Virus record (IMG/VR): IMGVR_UViG_3300000059_000174
Location: 1 to 4,292 of that record
Strand: one strand, 5' to 3'
Origin: a virus
Taxonomy: Duplodnaviria > Heunggongvirae > Uroviricota > Caudoviricetes
Length of the DNA stretch: 4,292 nt
The translations under genes were made by a program, and so were the position numbers. Positions 1-4,292 of this stretch are shown here, in pieces. Within the stretch, counting starts at the first letter, position 1. Each line of letters opens with the position of its first letter. The notes under the pieces are model-generated. The model was not told the origin of the DNA. It made no database searches and saw nothing but the letters and a program-made list of their open reading frames with translations.

Positions 1-48
1 TGGCACAAAGCGGACAACCACGCTAGCTCTACCCTGTGCCACAAAATG

Positions 49-507
49 TCAATTTGCATCTGAACTAATGCACTTTAATCTCGTCACTTCAATAAATACC
101 GAACATCCCCCCTGATAAAACGACAATATGCGCTGCATAACTTCGCTTTTACGACACTCAGTACAAATCATATTATGACGCCTGTCGTAACGACGTATTT
201 CTCCATCAGGTAATGACCAGATAAGGTCCGGATCAACCGCAGATGGTTTCTTCAGCTTTGCCCTTGAGAGCTTTTTACGGGCATTTTGCAAGTCCTTACG
301 CGCCTGTTCAGACGGGAATAACCCGTAACCAGAGTCGTATACATCGCCACTGGCAACCAGCTCTCTGGCCAGAACGCTCATCAGATATCTTGTTGCCCCA
401 GTTTTAGCTTCCAGTTGTCGTAACGTATCGCGCCCACTCTGGCGTACGAGTTCAACAACCTGCCCTTTAATTTTTTCCCGCTCTTCTTGTGTAAAAACTT
501 TTGCCAC
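49..507 (-). CDS. hypothetical protein (152 aa), last gene of the minus-strand early/replication operon in this window
   Basis: Uninterrupted ORF starting at GTG (505-507 on the complement), preceded by a strong Shine-Dalgarno AGGAGGG 3-4 nt upstream; stop TGA at 49-51. It begins 40 bp downstream of the initiator stop on the same strand. No Walker A motif, so it is not a DnaC-type loader. It has a C-terminal His/Cys cluster (HNMICTECRK ... GGC ... KC). Family not recognised. Confidence 0.55.
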   Translation of the reverse strand: MAKVFTQEEREKIKGQVVELVRQSGRDTLRQLEAKTGATRYLMSVLARELVASGDVYDSGYGLFPSEQARKDLQNARKKLSRAKLKKPSAVDPDLIWSLPDGEIRRYDRRHNMICTECRKSEVMQRILSFYQGGCSVFIEVTRLKCISSDAN

Positions 508-547
508 AAGCCCTCCTGAAAATTACCTCATGACCAGAAATTAACAC

Positions 548-1618
548 TTACCCCCTGAAGCCCGGCGGAATTTCGTTATCCGGTTCAGAAATATGATTCA
601 CACAACGCTGGTTGTTCGTGCCGCTTACCGGGAGCAACCAGGGGTTCTCAAAATTCCGGTCCGGTCCAAAAAACGTCGTCGCTCGCTGAACAAATTCCGT
701 TCCCGTTTTCCCGGTAGCCGCCAGGTATCTTGCGTAACGCCTCACACCATCCAGCATGGCCTCTGGTGGCACCCCCTCGCGTAATCTGGCCTTCCAGGCA
801 CTGAAAGCGGATTTCTTCGGGTTTGCCCCGGCACGCAACGGGTACTCCCGCCAGACCTGTTCGAACACATCCGGATAATCCACTCGTCCCACAGACTGCC
901 CGGTGTTTTCCGGGACTACCCGATCGGCTTCCCGCTGAATGGCGGAATCGGCTTCAGGCTGCTGCAGTTGGTGTGATTGCTCCGGCCTTGCGGTCATCAC
1001 CTGCTGCACAGCGCCCGAATCGGCTTTCAGCGCATACGCTGAATCGGCTTCCGGTGTCGTGCCTGCTGGCTGACCAGGATTGACGGTCTGAACATCCCCT
1101 GCCTGGTTCGTGGCGTTTTTTACGCCATGGATCATAGTGTTTTGATCTTCTTGATCTGTATCTTTATCTGTATCTTTATCTGTCGTGACTCGTCGTGACA
1201 TGTGCGTGACATTTCGTGACGCGCCGTGACAATCGCCATTTTGTTCCCGCTTTCTTTCCCTCTCTCGCTGCGCCCTCTTGCGCTCTGCAGGAGATTTTGC
1301 GGTTTGCGAAATATTGCCGTTGTCCTCTTTAAGCACCTGGCGTTTTTCCCATCCAGTGATTAAATCACCATCAAGTACCCGCCCCTGCATCGTCTGCAAA
1401 ATTGAATCAATTACCTCTTCTGTCACGTCGAGCGCACTTGCCAAATCTTCTGTCGTGACATCAATGTGACCTCGCGTGACATTTCGTGACGCGCTCACCA
1501 GGAGGTGGATATACACTGCCATCACTGTTGCAATTGGCTGCCCTGACACCCTGGCAATTGTTCGCCACTTAGGGTCATTTGGCATGTCATGCCATAATCT
1601 GAGCCAGGCGTTAGCCAT
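548..1618 (-). CDS. phage replication initiation protein (O / phi80 gp15-like) with a DnaT-like (primosomal protein I-like) C-terminal domain
   Basis: Long ORF (track 548..1624). I place the start at the ATG on 1616-1618 because of the SD AAGAGGTGA just upstream; the GTG at 1622-1624 lies inside that SD. The N-terminus (MANAWLRLWHDMPNDPKWRTIARV...) looks like a winged-helix DNA-binding domain. The middle is a low-complexity acidic linker (DKDTDKDTD, PEADSA repeats). The C-terminus (...YPDVF...VNHISEPDNEIPPGFRG) closely matches, from memory, the C-terminus of E. coli DnaT (...VNTVSEPDSQIPPGFRG). Phased iterons lie inside the gene. It sits where ydaU/O sits in Rac-like prophages. Confidence 0.8.
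   Translation of the reverse strand: MANAWLRLWHDMPNDPKWRTIARVSGQPIATVMAVYIHLLVSASRNVTRGHIDVTTEDLASALDVTEEVIDSILQTMQGRVLDGDLITGWEKRQVLKEDNGNISQTAKSPAERKRAQRERERKREQNGDCHGASRNVTHMSRRVTTDKDTDKDTDQEDQNTMIHGVKNATNQAGDVQTVNPGQPAGTTPEADSAYALKADSGAVQQVMTARPEQSHQLQQPEADSAIQREADRVVPENTGQSVGRVDYPDVFEQVWREYPLRAGANPKKSAFSAWKARLREGVPPEAMLDGVRRYARYLAATGKTGTEFVQRATTFFGPDRNFENPWLLPVSGTNNQRCVNHISEPDNEIPPGFRG
922..1052. repeat. four dispersed copies of the 9-10-mer (G)A(A)TCGGCTT(C) within the initiator linker-coding region
   Basis: GATCGGCTTCC at 922-932, GAATCGGCTTC at 945-955, GAATCGGCTTT at 1017-1027 and GAATCGGCTTCC at 1041-1052. They encode the repeated peptide motifs PEADSA / KADSG / READR on the minus strand. 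Confidence 0.4.
1144..1230. repeat. candidate replication origin element: two GATC sites, a 12-bp tandem repeat (2.5 copies) and five CGTGAC iterons at 10-11 bp phasing
   Basis: GATC at 1144-1147 and 1153-1156. ATCTGTATCTTT at 1154-1165 and 1166-1177, with a partial copy at 1178-1183; this block is about 70% AT by hand count. CGTGAC at 1184, 1194, 1205, 1215 and 1225, spaced 10, 11, 10, 10 bp, so all on one helix face. The whole element lies inside the initiator coding sequence, as ori-lambda lies inside gene O. Confidence 0.6.
1422..1498. repeat. second iteron cluster: (C/T)GTGAC at 1454, 1465, 1475, 1485, a degenerate fifth copy near 1494, and an inverted copy GTCACG at 1422-1427
   Basis: The 20-mer CGTGACATTTCGTGACGCGC is identical at 1205-1224 and 1475-1494. 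Spacing is again 10-11 bp. It lies in the coding region for the N-terminal domain of the initiator; the protein accordingly carries ASRNVT twice. Confidence 0.55.
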
Positions 1619-1689
1619 ACTCACCTCTTCTGATACCGAATCTTTTTACTCACGAGTTGCCGGAAGCGATTCGATATGGCTATTGTCAG

Positions 1690-2115
1690 TCAATGTACTG
1701 CCACAGCATTTCCTGCCGGACCACCACGGTTCATCTGATTGAAACCGGCGATTGCCACTGCGACAAAATCATCAGCGTCTCTCACCAGTCGCTCCCGCGT
1801 CTCCACCAGCTCCCGAAAATAAGCTGAACTGTGGCTGCGCATTCTGGCCACCAGCAAAGGTGGCATTGCCTTTTCGATTGCTGGTAACAACGCCTGAATT
1901 TTTTCAACTGCATCAGGGGTGTCTTTCTCCACCCAGCGGAAAATTTTCTGAGTATTGCGAGCCAGGGCTTCCGGATGGCTGTCGTCGTACAGTTCAGGAA
2001 ACGTCATACCCAGTTCGAAATAAGCCCTGGTTATCTCGGCTGCCGGAACTTTTTCACCGTCCGGATGCGCCCAAGCATTCATCGCCATGCGGATGTGTTC
2101 ATGCTTGATTTTCAT
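1690..2115 (-). CDS. ydaT: YdaT-like protein (cII-position early regulator of Rac-type prophages)
   Basis: 141-aa ORF beginning MKIKHEHI..., which I recall as the N-terminus typical of YdaT-family proteins. Its ATG overlaps the stop of the upstream cro-like gene (ATGA, 2112-2115), implying translational coupling. SD-like GGGAG lies 7 nt upstream. Synteny is cro-like, then this gene, then the initiator. Confidence 0.7.
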   Translation of the reverse strand: MKIKHEHIRMAMNAWAHPDGEKVPAAEITRAYFELGMTFPELYDDSHPEALARNTQKIFRWVEKDTPDAVEKIQALLPAIEKAMPPLLVARMRSHSSAYFRELVETRERLVRDADDFVAVAIAGFNQMNRGGPAGNAVAVH

Positions 2116-2372
2116 GAATCAACTCCCGCCACTTGCTGTGTGTTAGCCTGAAACTCAGCAGGCAAGCCGTCGTTTGGGTTGGGATAAATATCAGGGCGAA
2201 TTTCATGCGGGGTAACTTCCCAGCTCATTAGCTGACATAACGGAATTACCTGCTTTGGGGGAACGCCAAAGCTAAGCCATTGCCAAACAGTCTGTTGAGC
2301 GACCCCCATATAACGACCTATTTCAGCTTGAGAGAATTTCTGCCTAATTTTTTCGCGAGTGCTATCTAGCAT
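2112..2372 (-). CDS. ydaS: Cro/YdaS-like HTH DNA-binding regulator
   Basis: 86-aa ORF with a strong SD GAGGAGGG 4 nt upstream of the ATG (2370-2372 on the complement). It has an HTH segment SQAEIGRYMGVAQQTVWQWLSFGVPPK and the motif HEIRPDIYP that I associate with the YdaS/Cro-like family. It is divergent from the repressor gene across a 109-bp AT-rich intergenic region. Confidence 0.75.
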   Translation of the reverse strand: MLDSTREKIRQKFSQAEIGRYMGVAQQTVWQWLSFGVPPKQVIPLCQLMSWEVTPHEIRPDIYPNPNDGLPAEFQANTQQVAGVDS

Positions 2373-2481
2373 TTTGCCCTCCTCTAAGAACTATAGGCAA
2401 AAGACTACAATAAAAAACTGTACACAATCAACAGTTTTTTATTGTGATGCTTTTAACAGTATTTCCCTGTAAAATTAAACG
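2373..2481. promoter_or_regulatory. divergent promoter/operator region between the cro-like and repressor genes, containing the palindrome AAAACTGT-N9-ACAGTTTT (2414-2438)
   Basis: The region is AT-rich. It holds a perfect inverted repeat with 10-bp arms, AAAAAACTGT (2412-2421) and ACAGTTTTTT (2431-2440), around a 9-bp spacer. There is an extra ACAGT half-site at 2456-2460. A -10-like TAAAAT at 2470-2475 lies 7 nt before the repressor ATG. Exact -35/-10 pairs cannot be assigned with confidence. Confidence 0.6.
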
Positions 2482-2883
2482 ATGATGAACGCCTTAGAAG
2501 TATCTATGTACAGAATCAGCAAGCTTCTCCAAGAAACAGGATGGAGCCAGGCTGAGCTTGCTCGTAGAATTGGTGTGACACAACAAACTGTTCAACAATG
2601 GGTCAGCGGTAAAGCTACACCTAAAGCCTCAAGTTTGGATAAACTGGTTGAGGTTACAGGGCATCCATTGCATTGGTTTTTATTGCCTCCTGAAGAAGGT
2701 GAGCAAATCTTCACCCCTGATACGATGAAAATTGGTCCTCGCCAACGCGAACTGCTCCAGGCTTTTAGTGCGTTTCCAGAAGAAGACCAAGAAAAAATGC
2801 TTCAGGAAATCAAAGACAAGAAAAAATCAATGGAAGAAACCATTGCTCGATGGTTGGCGGCGCAAAAAATCCGCCGAGCGTGA
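2482..2883 (+). CDS. paaR2: short CI-position XRE-family HTH repressor (DicA-like / PaaR2-like), first gene of the regulator-antitoxin-toxin operon
   Basis: 133-aa ORF starting with tandem ATG ATG (2482, 2485) and no recognisable SD. N-terminal HTH: WSQAELARRIGVTQQTVQQWVSGKATPK. The C-terminal region (PRQRELLQAFSAFPEEDQEKMLQEIK...) resembles my recollection of DicA-type short repressors. There is no LexA/S24-type peptidase domain. The gene symbol rests on synteny and size only, not on an alignment. Confidence 0.8.
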   Translation: MMNALEVSMYRISKLLQETGWSQAELARRIGVTQQTVQQWVSGKATPKASSLDKLVEVTGHPLHWFLLPPEEGEQIFTPDTMKIGPRQRELLQAFSAFPEEDQEKMLQEIKDKKKSMEETIARWLAAQKIRRA

Positions 2884-2908
2884 CCAGTGAACAAAGAGGA
2901 GTTATGTC

Positions 2909-3100
2909 ATGAGTACAGCCCTTTCTCCGATAGTTTCAGAATTCGAAACTACCGAACAAGAAAACAGTTACAACGAATGGTTGCGCGCTAAAGTCGCGTC
3001 AAGCCTTGCAGATCCTCGCCCCGCAATACCGCATGACGAGGTGATGGCTGAAATGGAAAATCTTATTGCTCAAATTGCTGCGACTAGCGGGAGTGTGTAA
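2909..3100 (+). CDS. paaA2: type II antitoxin of a ParE-family toxin (PaaA2-like, 63 aa)
   Basis: 63-aa ORF with SD GAGGAG (2896-2901) 7 nt upstream of the ATG at 2909. Its stop TAA (3098-3100) overlaps the toxin ATG (3100-3102) by 1 nt (TAATG). It is small, acidic and helical in character and sits immediately upstream of a ParE-like ORF. The length matches the 63-residue PaaA2 as I recall it. Confidence 0.8.
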   Translation: MSTALSPIVSEFETTEQENSYNEWLRAKVASSLADPRPAIPHDEVMAEMENLIAQIAATSGSV

Positions 3101-3387
3101 TGCTACCCATTTTATGGCTACCATCTGCTCGCGATGATTTGCGTCAGATCGTAGCCTATATTGCCAAGGAAAATGTTCCAGCAGCTCGTAGACTAAAAAT
3201 ACGTATTGAAACGTCTGTTTTAGCCCTCTCAGAGCATCCATATCTATATCCGCCAAGTGATAGAGTATCCGGTTTGCGGGAAATTGTAGCTCACCCTAAT
3301 TATATCGTTTTGTACCGTGTAGCAGCTTCAAGCATTGAAATTGTAAATATTGTGCATGCCCGCAGACAGTTTCCCTTCCCTGCCTGA
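3100..3387 (+). CDS. parE2: ParE/RelE-superfamily toxin (ParE2-like)
   Basis: 95-aa ORF with the family-typical pattern MLPILWLPSARDDLRQIVAYIAKEN ... IVLYRV ... IEIVNIVHARR. SD GGGAG lies 6 nt upstream. It is translationally coupled to the antitoxin and followed 19 nt later by an intrinsic terminator. Confidence 0.85.
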   Translation: MLPILWLPSARDDLRQIVAYIAKENVPAARRLKIRIETSVLALSEHPYLYPPSDRVSGLREIVAHPNYIVLYRVAASSIEIVNIVHARRQFPFPA

Positions 3388-3405
3388 ACCGAAAGATTTT
3401 CACAC

Positions 3406-3429
3406 TCCCTCATACGAGGGATTTTTTTT
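3406..3429 (+). terminator. rho-independent terminator closing the repressor-antitoxin-toxin operon
   Basis: Stem TCCCTC (3406-3411), loop ATAC, stem GAGGGA (3416-3421), followed directly by eight T (3422-3429). On the minus strand there is no T-run after the hairpin, so it is unidirectional. Confidence 0.7.
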
Positions 3430-3445
3430 GCCAAAAAAACAATTT

Positions 3446-3470
3446 AAAACTGTTGACACCAAACAGTTTT
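3446..3470. promoter_or_regulatory. second copy of the operator palindrome AAAACTGT-N9-ACAGTTTT with an embedded -35 hexamer TTGACA (OL/PL-like site)
   Basis: AAAACTGT at 3446-3453, 9-bp spacer, ACAGTTTT at 3463-3470. The arms and spacing are the same as the site at 2414-2438. A consensus -35 TTGACA sits at 3453-3458. The -10 is unclear (TAGTTT-like around 3477-3482). Confidence 0.55.
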
Positions 3471-3579
3471 TAATTGTAGTTTGTTTTCACAAACCACCCC
3501 GTCCCACAGAATGCAGGGCAATACTTCGAGTTACCAGGCAGTGGTCAGGGGTTAAGTAGCCAGCCCGAGGCGTAAGAAC

Positions 3580-3813
3580 ATGACGGCAGGGTTCAACTTT
3601 AATAACTATGCAGCAGGTTTTTGTTCCGCTACCCCGGCGTTAAGGGGAAATGAGGTCAGCATGGATACTATCGATCTTGGCAACAACGAATCTCTGGTGT
3701 GCGGCGAGTTCCCCAACCAGGACGGTACGTTCACCGCGATGACATATACCAAAAACAAAACGTTTAAAACCGAATCTGGCGAGCGTCGCTGGTTAACCAG
3801 AAACACTGACTGA
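3580..3813 (+). CDS. small hypothetical protein; more likely start at ATG 3661 (50 aa) than at 3580 (77 aa)
   Basis: The ORF is on the strand expected for transcription from the PL-like promoter. The internal ATG at 3661 has SD GAGGT (3652-3656) 4 nt upstream; the ATG at 3580 has only GAGG 9 nt upstream. Stop TGA at 3811-3813. No recognisable family. Confidence 0.4.
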   Translation: MTAGFNFNNYAAGFCSATPALRGNEVSMDTIDLGNNESLVCGEFPNQDGTFTAMTYTKNKTFKTESGERRWLTRNTD

Positions 3814-3824
3814 TGAGGCTGACG

Positions 3825-3983
3825 ATGGAATTTAAAGATTTACCTCCAGACACTCAGAAAATCGCCGCAGAAACACTGAAATCTCTCATTTTGGACGAGG
3901 AGACAGAAAAGGTAGAGCCAGCTAAAAAACTGGCTCAAGAAATCAGAGAAGCCTTTATTGCTCTTTATCAGTCTTCTCCATAG
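3825..3983 (+). CDS. small hypothetical protein (52 aa), not in the supplied ORF track
   Basis: ATG at 3825 with SD GAGG (3815-3818) 6 nt upstream, 12 nt after the previous stop. It translates to MEFKDLPPDTQKIAAETLKSLILDEETEKVEPAKKLAQEIREAFIALYQSSP, ending at TAG 3981-3983. The sequence is charged and helical in character. Confidence 0.4.
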   Translation: MEFKDLPPDTQKIAAETLKSLILDEETEKVEPAKKLAQEIREAFIALYQSSP

Positions 3984-4140
3984 AGGCTTTTTTTTCTTCT
4001 TCCAATATATTGCGAATTGTAATAACTGAATTGGCCGCCTCTGAAGGGGATGACATTTTGCCAGCCCGAATTAACTCAACTGTTAAGTTCAAAGCTGCAA
4101 CAGATGGATAGGTAAATGGGTTAATTAACTTGTCTGACAT
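3955..4140 (-). CDS. small hypothetical protein (61 aa from the SD-supported ATG)
   Basis: The track ORF is 3955..4152, but the ATG on 4138-4140 is preceded by a near-perfect SD GGAGGA with a 4-5 nt spacer (ATGGAGGATAAAATG), so I call the start there. The protein is MSDKLINPFTYPSVAALNLTVELIRAGK... Its 3' end overlaps the convergent 52-aa ORF by 29 bp. Confidence 0.5.
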   Translation of the reverse strand: MSDKLINPFTYPSVAALNLTVELIRAGKMSSPSEAANSVITIRNILEEEKKASMEKTDKEQ

Positions 4141-4292
4141 TTTATCCTCCATTTAGGTTCTGGGTTAGAAATGGAGACCAACACGCTGCTACGTGTGGTC
4201 GTGCGCCGGACACGGATAAGAATCCGGCACTGACAGTTTACTGAAAGGATATTTCCCTGAAAAGTCAGGGCATAACACGAAAGCGTACGGCG

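Noticed and set aside
1-48. Inverted repeat TGGCACA ... TGTGCCA downstream of the 152-aa gene as a terminator
   Set aside because: The arms are separated by about 27 nt and there is no adjacent T-run; it is not a convincing intrinsic terminator.
1144-1498. Possibility that the short phased repeats are a CRISPR array
   Set aside because: The units are 6-20 bp at about 10-bp helical phasing inside a coding sequence, with no 28-37 bp repeat/spacer alternation; they are iteron-like.
593-2108. Plus-strand ORFs 593..784, 823..1083, 1278..1469, 1476..1742 and 1752..2108
   Set aside because: All lie antisense within the long minus-strand initiator and YdaT-like genes. They lack convincing ribosome-binding sites and have proline/arginine-rich, low-complexity translations typical of shadow ORFs in GC-rich coding sequence.
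2390-2395. TATAGT on the minus strand as the -10 of the cro-like gene promoter
   Set aside because: The transcription start it predicts would fall inside the SD of the cro-like gene; the real promoter is probably further upstream, overlapping the operator, and cannot be fixed by eye.
2999-3256. Minus-strand 85-aa ORF antisense to the antitoxin/toxin pair
   Set aside because: It overlaps two well-supported, translationally coupled plus-strand genes and has no SD.
3479-3494. Hairpin GTTTGT-TTTC-ACAAAC just downstream of the PL-like promoter as a nut/boxB-type antitermination site
   Set aside because: No boxA-like element (CGCTCTTA-type) is visible nearby and no N-like arginine-rich protein is recognisable, so this is too speculative to call.
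3350-3559. Plus-strand 69-aa ORF spanning the end of parE, the terminator and the operator
   Set aside because: It runs through an intrinsic terminator and an operator/promoter palindrome, so it is most likely non-coding regulatory DNA.
3606-3806. Minus-strand 66-aa hydrophobic ORF antisense to the 3580..3813 ORF
   Set aside because: It has a GTG start without an SD, and the plus-strand ORF has the better ribosome-binding site and the expected transcriptional orientation. A small membrane peptide cannot be fully excluded.
4205-4270. Two inverted repeats, GCCGGA-N12-TCCGGC at 4205-4228 and CCCTGA-AAAG-TCAGGG at 4255-4270
   Set aside because: Neither is followed by a T-run on either strand, so they are not intrinsic terminators. 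They may be regulatory or structural, but the window ends before context is available.

Overview
The window reads as the immunity and early-replication core of a lambdoid (Rac/CP-933-type) enterobacterial prophage, with a toxin-antitoxin module attached to the repressor gene. Minus strand, transcribed high to low coordinate: a Cro/YdaS-like HTH regulator (2372..2112), a YdaT-like protein (2115..1690), a replication initiator whose C-terminus looks DnaT-like (1618..548), and a 152-aa unknown protein (507..49). The initiator gene contains two phased CGTGAC iteron clusters plus an AT-rich tandem-repeat/GATC block, which I read as a candidate origin. Plus strand, divergent from the cro-like gene: a short XRE-family repressor in the cI position (2482..2883), a 63-aa antitoxin (2909..3100) and a ParE/RelE-family toxin (3100..3387). 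This regulator-antitoxin-toxin arrangement resembles the PaaR2-PaaA2-ParE2 system described in E. coli O157:H7 prophages, so I do not think it is undescribed; identity needs an alignment I cannot run. A rho-independent terminator follows, then a second copy of the operator palindrome AAAACTGT-N9-ACAGTTTT and three small unknown genes. I see no rRNA, tRNA, CRISPR array, transposase or integrase. All family assignments come from reading the translated ORFs and from memory of these families; no searches were run.
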